Positions 26,849 to 35,316 of a stretch of 64,000 nucleotides of DNA are shown one piece after another. Position 1 is the stretch's first letter. Every line of letters starts with the position of its first letter. Source of the stretch: an uncultured Alphaproteobacteria bacterium (GTDB lineage Bacteria; Pseudomonadota; Alphaproteobacteria; HIMB59; GCA-002718135); NCBI GenBank assembly GCA_902620425.1, contig CACNHX010000001.1, positions 414,903 to 478,902 of the forward strand, given 5' to 3'. Made by a program: the position numbers and the translations under genes. The notes beneath the pieces were generated by a model. The model did no database searches. It saw nothing but the letters and a program-made list of their open reading frames with translations, and was not told the origin of the DNA.

Positions 26849-28004
26849 ATTTATCTTCACGCATTATAAAAAACATTAGTAAAGCAATCAAAAACATTAT
26901 TACGCCTAATGCATACATATTAAATGTTAAACCAAAAGCTTCAGCTGAAATTCCAACGACAGCAGGTCCAAATATAGCTCCAACAAAAGCAATACTTGAT
27001 ACATGAGAAATAGTAACTGGAATTGGATTTTGAGAATTTTTTACTGCCTGTCTAAATACTATGGGCATAACGTTGGAAATTAACATTCCAAAAAGTGTTA
27101 TTGCTATAAAAATAATAATTATATTTTGAGAAAAAATACTTAACACCAATATTGTGGATCCAACCATTGCAAAACATGGACCTACAATTACTTCACCAAG
27201 TTTTGTAATTAATTTTGATGCAAACATATTACTTATGATCTCACCTAAATTAAAAAAAATAACTATTGAACCGACTAAAAAAATTGGCGCAGAAAGATCA
27301 GTAACGAGCCATAAAGGTGACCATTGAATTATTATTCCCATAAATGCGATAATACACATGTTAATTGATGCGAACATGATAATTTTATAGTTTGGAATTG
27401 AAAATCTAGGATTTTTGTTAACTACATCATACTTTACATGCAATCCAAAAAAGTACATTGTCAAAGTTGATATAAAAACAAACAAACCTACAATAAAAGT
27501 AGTATTAACAGGGTCAATTTCTAAACCTAGACATAAACTAGATATTCCTGCACCAAAAAGAAATCCAAAATTAAACGATGATTTAAAAATTGGATTAAGA
27601 ATTTTTTTAGTTTTTTCTTCTATTATCGCAACTTGTGTAAAAATATTTGGTGCTTGTATGCCAATAGAAATACCCCACAACATAGATACAAAAATAAAAA
27701 AATTATAAGAAGAGAAATAAAAAATAGAAAAAGGAATAAATGCATACAATAGCCTGGCAATAATTAAACAATTTGTGCTTCCTATTTTTGGGAGTAAAAA
27801 ACGGGTTGTTAGTTGATTGGTAATTACATTACAAATACCAAAAATAATAAATCCTATAGAAAATTCTGTTTTTGTCATATCAATCAAATCAAAAAGAATT
27901 GGTGAATTTACCATGAACATACTGAAGGTAAGCGTTGCAAAGAATCCTTGTGAAAAGGTAGCATAAAATGCGGTTTTTAATTCTTTAGTTTCTATATTTT
28001 CCAT
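26808..28004 (-). CDS. MFS transporter
   Basis: About 12 hydrophobic segments, MFS-like topology. The last ~13 codons are the antisense of the tRNA-Leu 3' half. Confidence 0.8.
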   Translation of the reverse strand: MENIETKELKTAFYATFSQGFFATLTFSMFMVNSPILFDLIDMTKTEFSIGFIIFGICNVITNQLTTRFLLPKIGSTNCLIIARLLYAFIPFSIFYFSSYNFFIFVSMLWGISIGIQAPNIFTQVAIIEEKTKKILNPIFKSSFNFGFLFGAGISSLCLGLEIDPVNTTFIVGLFVFISTLTMYFFGLHVKYDVVNKNPRFSIPNYKIIMFASINMCIIAFMGIIIQWSPLWLVTDLSAPIFLVGSIVIFFNLGEIISNMFASKLITKLGEVIVGPCFAMVGSTILVLSIFSQNIIIIFIAITLFGMLISNVMPIVFRQAVKNSQNPIPVTISHVSSIAFVGAIFGPAVVGISAEAFGLTFNMYALGVIMFLIALLMFFIMREDKLVGVEGIEPTPPK

Positions 28005-28079
28005 GTAGGTAATATTTATGATAATTTAGATTTAGTATCATTAATAGTATAAATCAAAATTATAAAAAAAAATAATTAA

Positions 28080-28664
28080 ATGAATTTTCTTAAAAAAACT
28101 TACAATTGGACTTTAGAAAAAGCACAACATAAAAATGCAAAATGGTATTTAAGTTTAATATCATTTGCAGAAAGCTCATTTTTTCCAATTCCACCAGACA
28201 TATTGTTAATACCAATGGCATTAGCTTCCAAAGCAAGGGCTTTGTTTTATGCTTTTATGTGTACACTGTTTTCAGTTCTAGGTGGAATACTAGGATACGC
28301 AATAGGATATTTTTTTTATAATTCATTAGGTATTTATATTGTAGACTTTTATCATTTAGAAAATTCTTTTAATATTTTTGAAAATTATTACAAAGAATTT
28401 GGTATATTGATTGTTCTTGGCGCTGGAATAACTCCATTTCCTTATAAATTTATTACAATTGCGAGTGGTGTATTTGGATTAAATATTTTTTTGTTTATTA
28501 TTGTTTCTATTATTGGTCGAGGATTAAGATTTTTTTTAATTGCAATACTTCTTTATTTTTTTGGTGAAAAAATTAAGTTAATTATTGATAAATATTTTAA
28601 TATTTTAACTATTGTGTTTATTATTTTACTTGTTGGTAGTGTTTTTATAATTAGATTTTTATGA
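28080..28664 (+). CDS. DedA/YqaA family membrane protein
   Basis: SFAESSFFPIPPD, GITPFPYK, GRGLRFF. Confidence 0.88.
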   Translation: MNFLKKTYNWTLEKAQHKNAKWYLSLISFAESSFFPIPPDILLIPMALASKARALFYAFMCTLFSVLGGILGYAIGYFFYNSLGIYIVDFYHLENSFNIFENYYKEFGILIVLGAGITPFPYKFITIASGVFGLNIFLFIIVSIIGRGLRFFLIAILLYFFGEKIKLIIDKYFNILTIVFIILLVGSVFIIRFL

Positions 28665-29155
28665 TAATTCGTAATTGGACAACACTTTTATTTTTTATTT
28701 CGCTTATTTCGATATCATCAGCGTTAATTGCAGAATATTTTTTTAATCTTCAGCCATGTGAATTGTGTTTAAAGCAAAGACATCCGTATTATTTAATTTT
28801 AATATGTTTAATTTTGATATTTTTATTCAAAAATTTAAATAAAATTTGGCTTTATTTAATTATACAGTTTGCATCAGTTTATGGTCTTTTTTATTCTATA
28901 TGGCACGTAGGAGTTGAAAATAAAATTCTTAAAGGACCAGCAGGTTGTTCAGCAATGCTAACTAACAGTGATAATGCTGCAGATCTCAAAGCGCAGATAT
29001 TATCAAAGCAGGTAATTAGTTGTGATGAAGTTATTTGGAGTTTTTATGGAATTTCTGCTGCTTCAATTAATACGCTTGTTTTACTAGTTATTTTTATTTT
29101 AAATGCTATTTATTTATTTAGAAACTATGGCTCTAAAAAAGAAAAAAACGTCTAA
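28661..29155 (+). CDS. dsbB: Disulfide bond formation protein B
   Basis: PCELCLKQR (CxxC), second Cys pair (AGCS...SCDEV), TM pattern. Confidence 0.85.
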   Translation: MIIRNWTTLLFFISLISISSALIAEYFFNLQPCELCLKQRHPYYLILICLILIFLFKNLNKIWLYLIIQFASVYGLFYSIWHVGVENKILKGPAGCSAMLTNSDNAADLKAQILSKQVISCDEVIWSFYGISAASINTLVLLVIFILNAIYLFRNYGSKKEKNV

Positions 29156-29696
29156 AAAAAAATCTTCGTCAAATAGAACTACTCATAGGGAGATTTTAGA
29201 AGAAATTATAAGAGTCGATCATGCTGGTGAATATGGTGCCACTAAAATATATGATGGTCAAATAGCAGTTTTTGGGAAAAGTTCAAAGCTTGGCAAAACT
29301 ATTCAACATATGGCTGATCAGGAACAAGAGCATATTGATAAATTTAATGAATTAATATTAGAGCATAGAGTTAGACCAACTGCTCTTTTACCTTTGTGGA
29401 ATGTTGCGGGTTACGCGCTTGGCGCATCCACTGCCTTAATGGGTGAAAAAGCTGCCATGGCATGTACTGTTGCTGTTGAAAAAGTAATTGGTGAACATTA
29501 CCAAGAACAATTAGAGCTCTTAGGAGATGACCATAAAGATTTAAAAAAAACAATTTCCAAATTCCGAGATGATGAACTTGAACATCATGATATTGGAATA
29601 GAACATGATGCAGAAAGTGCGCCAGGGTATAAAATTATGTCAAAAGTAATAGAACTTGGATGTAAAACGGCAATCGCTATATCAAAAAAAATTTAA
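29127..29696 (+). CDS. coq7: Demethoxyubiquinone hydroxylase (Coq7/Clk-1 diiron family)
   Basis: RVDHAGEYGA, QEQEH, AMACTVAVE, DELEHH. Start refined to ATG 29127. Confidence 0.9.
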   Translation: MALKKKKTSKKKSSSNRTTHREILEEIIRVDHAGEYGATKIYDGQIAVFGKSSKLGKTIQHMADQEQEHIDKFNELILEHRVRPTALLPLWNVAGYALGASTALMGEKAAMACTVAVEKVIGEHYQEQLELLGDDHKDLKKTISKFRDDELEHHDIGIEHDAESAPGYKIMSKVIELGCKTAIAISKKI

Positions 29697-30247
29697 TTTT
29701 CTAATTCTGTATCCCAATATAAATAGTCTCTCCAAGTCTCATGCAAAAAATTAGGAGGGAAATTTCTACCATTATTTTGTAATTGAATTGACGATGGTCG
29801 AAGAGGTTTTTTAAAAAGTTTCATATCTGTATTCTGTATAAGTTTTCTTCCTTTTTTTAAATTACAGGATGTGCACGCAGAGACAACATTTTCCCAAGTA
29901 GTTTTTCCATTCAGACATTTAGGAACTAGATGGTCAAATGTTAGTTCGTTTGCAGGAAAACGATTGGTACAATACTGACAAGTAAAATTATCTCTCAAAA
30001 AAACGTTAAAACGTGTAAAAGCAGGTCTTCGTTGTGGAGTAACATAATCTTTTAAAGCTATTACACTTGGTAACTTAAAAGTAAGATTTGGAGAATGAAC
30101 TTCTTGTTCGTAATTTTCGATTACTGAAACTCTTTCTAGAAAAACGGCTTTGATGGCATCTTGCCATGAACATAAAGAAAGTGGGTAATAAGATAGCGGC
30201 CGAAAATCAGCATTAAGAACCAAAGCTGGATTTTCTGCGGTACTCAT
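29693..30247 (-). CDS. HNH endonuclease family protein
   Basis: RFNVFLRDNFTCQYC, TFDHLVP, WENVVSACTSCNLKKG. Confidence 0.88.
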   Translation of the reverse strand: MSTAENPALVLNADFRPLSYYPLSLCSWQDAIKAVFLERVSVIENYEQEVHSPNLTFKLPSVIALKDYVTPQRRPAFTRFNVFLRDNFTCQYCTNRFPANELTFDHLVPKCLNGKTTWENVVSACTSCNLKKGRKLIQNTDMKLFKKPLRPSSIQLQNNGRNFPPNFLHETWRDYLYWDTELEN

Positions 30248-30311
30248 TTTAGTTTCTACTCACCCAAGTCATAATATTCAGATAGTAATATAATATGAAG
30301 ATTCGATTACT

Positions 30312-30986
30312 TTAAATATTTTTTTTAATAAAATTTTGGAAAAAAGTTATTGTTTCTTGTGACATTGTATGCTCGTCAGTTTTAATAAGATAATTTTCAT
30401 AATTGTAGTTATACTTTTTTAAGACTTCAAGTGACTCGTTGTAATTGGAAATAGGCAAAACAGCATCTTGAGCTCCATGAGAAATAAAAATTGGTGTTTT
30501 TAAAAATGCATTATTAGGCTTATGCTCTTTTGATATAATTCTTGAAGATATAAGTGCTAAGCCTGCCAACTGATTTTGAAGTATTTGCCCAAGTTCAAAT
30601 GCCATCATACCTCCTTGAGAAAAACCCATAACAAAACAATCGGTCATTTTTAAATTTAAATTTTCTAATAAAAGAGAAATAGAGTTATAAATTTTTTCAA
30701 CATTCTCAAAAATTTTCTTTTTGGCTACATCATATTCTTTTACACCAGCATTAGAAATATGAGTGCCATTGAGATATAATTGAAACCATTCATGCCCCAT
30801 AGGATAATCTTGAATTGTATCTGGTGCATTTAAAGCAACATATTTCATCCCAAATTCATCTTGATCAATTAAATTTGCAATTTGAATAAAATTAGTAGCG
30901 TTATCTCCATATCCATGAAGCATAATCATCAATTTTTTTGGATTTTGATGTTTAGTAATTGACGGGCCTTTTAAAATATCAACCAT
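30312..30986 (-). CDS. Phospholipase/carboxylesterase (alpha/beta hydrolase)
   Basis: LHGYG, GFSQGG nucleophile elbow, HGAQDAVLP, distal His (EHTMS). Confidence 0.85.
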   Translation of the reverse strand: MVDILKGPSITKHQNPKKLMIMLHGYGDNATNFIQIANLIDQDEFGMKYVALNAPDTIQDYPMGHEWFQLYLNGTHISNAGVKEYDVAKKKIFENVEKIYNSISLLLENLNLKMTDCFVMGFSQGGMMAFELGQILQNQLAGLALISSRIISKEHKPNNAFLKTPIFISHGAQDAVLPISNYNESLEVLKKYNYNYENYLIKTDEHTMSQETITFFQNFIKKNI

Positions 30987-31048
30987 AATAAAACACTTTA
31001 TTCAAGTTATCTTGTTTCATAGAATAAAAGTTTTATATAGATATTATT

Positions 31049-31243
31049 ATGAGCACAATGCAAATAATACTTGTCTTGTTCATGGCAGCAACTCTAGCAG
31101 TTGTTGTTGTTGGTGTTATTGCCATGGCAGTAAATGGAAAGCTTAACAAAAATCACAGCAATAAACTAATGCGGTTGAGAGTACTATTTCAGGCAATTGC
31201 TATATTTGTCTTTGTTGTAATTGTTTGGTTAGCTAGAAATTAG
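31049..31243 (+). CDS. Twin-transmembrane-helix small protein (HIG1-domain-like)
   Basis: Two hydrophobic helices joined by SNKLMRLRVLFQ. Confidence 0.8.
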   Translation: MSTMQIILVLFMAATLAVVVVGVIAMAVNGKLNKNHSNKLMRLRVLFQAIAIFVFVVIVWLARN

Positions 31244-31298
31244 CAAATTAGAGTCTAGAAATATTTCATAATATTTAGTATATAGTTGCCAGGTTTAT

Positions 31299-31481
31299 AT
31301 GGGCATTCACTTTAATCACAAATCTAAAGCGGGAGACCGCAAAATGCAGAAAGAGCTTAAACTAAAAATGAAAGCTGAGGAACGCAAAAGAAAACGTGAA
31401 GAGCAAGAAAAGCTTAAAATGGAAGAGGAAATGCGTAAACTCGAAGAACTTACAAGACCTGATAAAGAAGAAAATCGGTAA
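31299..31481 (+). CDS. Small highly charged hypothetical protein
   Basis: 60-aa Lys/Glu/Arg-rich ORF filling an intergenic gap; no recognised family. Confidence 0.6.
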   Translation: MGIHFNHKSKAGDRKMQKELKLKMKAEERKRKREEQEKLKMEEEMRKLEELTRPDKEENR

Positions 31482-31519
31482 TAGCAGAAATATTAATTAA
31501 TAAAAATTTTTAAAATTTA

Positions 31520-32335
31520 CTAACTGGGTAAAGGATAATGTTCGGCTATAAATTTCTTTAGAATTTCTAATGTTTGATCTGCTTCTTCTAGGAGCATCAT
31601 ATGACCACAATCTTCAATGATCTTTACTTCCGATCCTTTAATATAATCAGCAAGAATTTTTCCATCTTTTAAACGGCACATTCTATCTTGTGCACCTAAT
31701 ATAGAAAGAGTAGGTAAATCCAATTTCTTAGCAACCTCAGGTCCATTTTTATAATTATCACATGCTCTAAAATCAACACCTAGAGTATCTTTAATTTCTT
31801 TATTTTGAACAATCATGGAACCAACATTTAGGTGATATAAACCTGGAACAGGATGGCCTCCAAAATGTCCTGCAGGCCCGTGCGCAAAATCCATCATAAG
31901 ATCAACGGCCTTAGGATTACTCTCTTCAGCAAGCCTTAATAGTTCAGGATTCATTGGAATTGCAGATGCGCCACCCATAAGAGTTAACGTTTTAATTTTT
32001 TCTGGGTGTTGAGCAACACATTCCATTGTTACAAGACATCCTTGGGAATGTCCAACTAGTGAAGCTTCTTTACATCCAACTGCTCCAATTACATCACCAA
32101 CCCAGTTTCCCATTTCTTCAATAGTTTTTAGACTTTCACCAGAAGAAAGTCCGTGACCTGGTAAATCAACGGCTAAAACGCTGTATCCACGAAATGCAAA
32201 GTAGCGTGTTTGTAAAACCCAAACCATGTGACTTAGTCCACTACCGTGAACGAAGATTATAAGAGGTTTGTTTTTATCAAAAGGTCTGCCTCCAGTGGAG
32301 GCAAACGTATCAATTCCGCGAACTTTAAACTTCAT
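31520..32335 (-). CDS. Alpha/beta-fold hydrolase
   Basis: FVHGSG, DLPGHG, GHSQG, catalytic Asp/His (GAQDRM, CGHMM). Strand verified as minus. Confidence 0.87.
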   Translation of the reverse strand: MKFKVRGIDTFASTGGRPFDKNKPLIIFVHGSGLSHMVWVLQTRYFAFRGYSVLAVDLPGHGLSSGESLKTIEEMGNWVGDVIGAVGCKEASLVGHSQGCLVTMECVAQHPEKIKTLTLMGGASAIPMNPELLRLAEESNPKAVDLMMDFAHGPAGHFGGHPVPGLYHLNVGSMIVQNKEIKDTLGVDFRACDNYKNGPEVAKKLDLPTLSILGAQDRMCRLKDGKILADYIKGSEVKIIEDCGHMMLLEEADQTLEILKKFIAEHYPLPS

Positions 32336-33646
32336 TTATTTGTTTGCAACTAAACGAGGTTTTTTTGCAGCTCTAAATCCATCTTCGAAATCGTTTACGA
32401 TATCTTCAAAGTCTTCTAGGCCAACAGACAATCTAATCATATCATGAGATAGTCCAGCAAATTTTAAAGTTGCCTCATCCATTTGTGAGTGCGTTGCAGA
32501 TGCTGGATGTATAACTAGTGTTCTCGCGTCACCTACATTTGCTAAATGAGATGCAAGCTTAACATTATTAATGAAAGCTGCACCTGCTTCTTTCCCACCT
32601 TTAATTCCAAAGGCAATCATTGATCCAGTTCCTTTAGGAAGAATTTTTTTTGCTAGTTCCTTATCAGGATGTCCTGGTGCACTTGCATGGGATACCCAAG
32701 CGACACTTTCATGATTAGATAAATACTCAACCATCTTTAAAGCATTGGAGCAATGTTTTTCCATACGAAGAGAAAGAGTTTCAAGTCCGTGTAAAATGTT
32801 CCATGCATTTTGAGGAGCTAAGCAAGGTCCCATGTCTCTCATTCCTTCAGCTCTTGCCATCATTGTAAACGCTGTTGGGCCAAATTCTTCTGCAAATGAC
32901 AATCCATGATAGCCTTCATAAGGTTCTGTCATTGAAGGAAACTTATCATTTTGCATCCAATCAAATGTTCCACCTTCAACTAAAATACCAGCCATAGAAG
33001 AACCATTACCACTCATCCATTTAGTTAAAGAGTGAACTACAAGGTCAGCTCCGTGTTCAAAAGGTCTACACAAATAAGGAGTTTGATACGTACTATCAAT
33101 TATTAGTGGGATACCTGCTTCTTTTGCTATGTTTGAAACTTCAGGCATATTCATCAATTCATTACCAGGATTACCAACAAGCTCACCAAAAATACCTTTG
33201 GTATTTGGTTGAATTGCTTTTTTAAAACCTTCTGTATCTCTTGGTTTTACAAAAGTTGTTTTAATACCAAACTTAGGAAGCGTTAATCTAAATAAATTTA
33301 CAGTTCCACCGTAAAGCTGAGAAGAAACAACCATGTGATCACCGGCGTTACAAAGGGTCATAATAGTTAAAAATATTGCGCTCATTCCAGATGCAGTTGC
33401 AAGAGCAGCTGTTCCTCCTTCAAGTGCACAAACTCTTTCTTCAAGGACTTGTACTGTTGGGTTGGACATACGACTATAAATATGACCACCTCTTTCTAAA
33501 TTAAAAAGTGCTGCCGCATGATCAACATCATCAAACATATATGAAGTTGTTTGATAAATTGGTACTTGCCTTGAGCCAGCGTTTTTACTTGGTTGATAAC
33601 CAGCGTGTAGACTTAGTGTGTCAAATTTATAAGTTTTTGGATCCAT
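32336..33646 (-). CDS. metY: O-acetylhomoserine aminocarboxypropyltransferase (sulfhydrylase)
   Basis: VPIYQTTSY, IYSRMSNPT, HSLTKW (PLP lysine), HLANVGD, HPASATH, IRLSVGLE. Confidence 0.87.
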   Translation of the reverse strand: MDPKTYKFDTLSLHAGYQPSKNAGSRQVPIYQTTSYMFDDVDHAAALFNLERGGHIYSRMSNPTVQVLEERVCALEGGTAALATASGMSAIFLTIMTLCNAGDHMVVSSQLYGGTVNLFRLTLPKFGIKTTFVKPRDTEGFKKAIQPNTKGIFGELVGNPGNELMNMPEVSNIAKEAGIPLIIDSTYQTPYLCRPFEHGADLVVHSLTKWMSGNGSSMAGILVEGGTFDWMQNDKFPSMTEPYEGYHGLSFAEEFGPTAFTMMARAEGMRDMGPCLAPQNAWNILHGLETLSLRMEKHCSNALKMVEYLSNHESVAWVSHASAPGHPDKELAKKILPKGTGSMIAFGIKGGKEAGAAFINNVKLASHLANVGDARTLVIHPASATHSQMDEATLKFAGLSHDMIRLSVGLEDFEDIVNDFEDGFRAAKKPRLVANK

Positions 33647-35278
33647 TTATAACTCCTTTGCTTTTGTTCTTAATTCAAACTTTTGTATCTTCCCAGTTGA
33701 TGTTTTTGGTAATTCACCAAAGATTACATGCTTTGGTCTTTTAAATCCAGCCATATTTTCTTTGCAAAACTGAATTATATCATCTTCTGTGGCATTTTTT
33801 CCAGGAGCTAGTTCTACAAAAGCACATGGTGTTTCACCCCACTTATCATCTGGCTTGGCAACTACTGCAACCAAGGAAACAGCTGGGTGTTTAGCAACAA
33901 CATTTTCCACTTCCACAGATGAAATATTTTCTCCTCCAGAAATTATGATATCTTTCGACCTATCTTTTATTTGAATATATCCATCAGGATAGACTACAGC
34001 TAAATCACCAGAGTGAAACCATCCTTTTTTCATAGATGTTTCAGTTGCCTCTTTATTTTTGTAATATCCTTTCATTACAACATTTCCTCGAATTAAAATC
34101 TCTCCCATGGTTTCTCCATCCATTGGAACTTTTTCATAAGTCTCTGGATCTGCTACACAAACTTCTTCAGTGTTTGGATAACGAACACCTTGTCTTGCTT
34201 TAATATCAGCTTTTTCAGATTTTGATTGTGATTCCCATTCTTCATTCCAAGCACACTGAAGAATATGACCATATGTTTCAGTTAATCCATATACGTGCAT
34301 AACTTCAAAACCTAAGTTATCCATCTTTTCAAGTATTGCACTCGTTGGTGGAGCCCCAGCAGTTAATACGTATACTTTATGATTTATTTCTTTTTTATCT
34401 TTCTCATCTGCGTTAGCAATTAAACTTAAAACTATAGGAGCACCTCCAAAATGAGTTACTTTATATTTATCTATTAAGTTATAAATATCTTTTGCAACAA
34501 TGTATCTGCAGCAAATAATCTTTGCATGTATTAAAGCAGCTGTCCAAGGATACCCCCATCCGTTACAGTGGAACATTGGAACTGTATAAAGAAATGTTAA
34601 TTTATTAGGCATGTTCCATGCCGTAACACTTCCTGTTGACATTAAATATGATCCACGGTGGTGATACACAACGCCTTTTGGTTTACCAGTTGTACCTGAT
34701 GTATAGCTTAGTGAGATTGCTTGCCATTCATCTTTAGGTAAAGACCAATTATAATTATCATCACCTGTTTGTAAAAATTCTTCATATGTCATTTCACCAA
34801 TTTTTTCACCCTCACCATCTTTAAAAACTGCCTGATCATCATGAATGTCAATAATAGGAATATTCTTCCCATATATTTTTAAAGCCTTTTTCATTGTAGG
34901 TGAAAATTGAGTATCAGTTATAAGAAGTTTTGCATCACTATGATCTAGAATATACGCAATTGTATCTGCATCAAGTCTAGTATTGATCGTATTAATAACG
35001 CCACCAGTCATTGGGATAGAATAATGTGCTTCGAATAATTCTGGAGTATTTGCCGCTATGATTGAAACGGTACTTCCTTTTGTAATTCCTTTTTTTGCTA
35101 ATGCACTAGCAAACTTGGTACATCGATTATAGGTTTCAAGCCAAGTGTAACTTCTTTTTCCATAAACTAAAGAGTCATAGTTTGGATAAATATCTTTCAC
35201 GCGAGTTATAAAACTTAATGGTGATAGTGGAACAAAATTGGCTGAATTTTTATCTAGGTTTGTATCAAAATTACTCAT
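33647..35278 (-). CDS. dmdB: Acyl-CoA synthetase, 3-methylmercaptopropionyl-CoA ligase (DmdB)-like
   Basis: YTSGTTGKPKG AMP-binding motif, YGLTE, PKTSTGKIQK. N-terminus (LDKNSANFVPLSPL) and GSYLMSTGSVTAWNMP resemble Pelagibacter DmdB as recalled; substrate not proven. Confidence 0.7.
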   Translation of the reverse strand: MSNFDTNLDKNSANFVPLSPLSFITRVKDIYPNYDSLVYGKRSYTWLETYNRCTKFASALAKKGITKGSTVSIIAANTPELFEAHYSIPMTGGVINTINTRLDADTIAYILDHSDAKLLITDTQFSPTMKKALKIYGKNIPIIDIHDDQAVFKDGEGEKIGEMTYEEFLQTGDDNYNWSLPKDEWQAISLSYTSGTTGKPKGVVYHHRGSYLMSTGSVTAWNMPNKLTFLYTVPMFHCNGWGYPWTAALIHAKIICCRYIVAKDIYNLIDKYKVTHFGGAPIVLSLIANADEKDKKEINHKVYVLTAGAPPTSAILEKMDNLGFEVMHVYGLTETYGHILQCAWNEEWESQSKSEKADIKARQGVRYPNTEEVCVADPETYEKVPMDGETMGEILIRGNVVMKGYYKNKEATETSMKKGWFHSGDLAVVYPDGYIQIKDRSKDIIISGGENISSVEVENVVAKHPAVSLVAVVAKPDDKWGETPCAFVELAPGKNATEDDIIQFCKENMAGFKRPKHVIFGELPKTSTGKIQKFELRTKAKEL

Positions 35279-35316
35279 CTGTTTCCTAAAAGGATCAAAT
35301 ACTACAAGAAATTAAT

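Noticed and set aside
25600-26850. Intact prophage or ICE at tRNA-Leu
   Set aside because: No integrase, structural or conjugation genes, and only about 1.1 kb between repeats; at most a remnant.
26770-27006. 78-aa ORF starting inside tRNA-Leu
   Set aside because: Translation of the tRNA sequence (MAELVDAPDSKSG) plus MFS antisense; a well-known false call.
29693-30247. HNH nuclease as a homing endonuclease or defence system
   Set aside because: Stand-alone, not within an intron, no methylase or other defence genes adjacent, and set among housekeeping genes.
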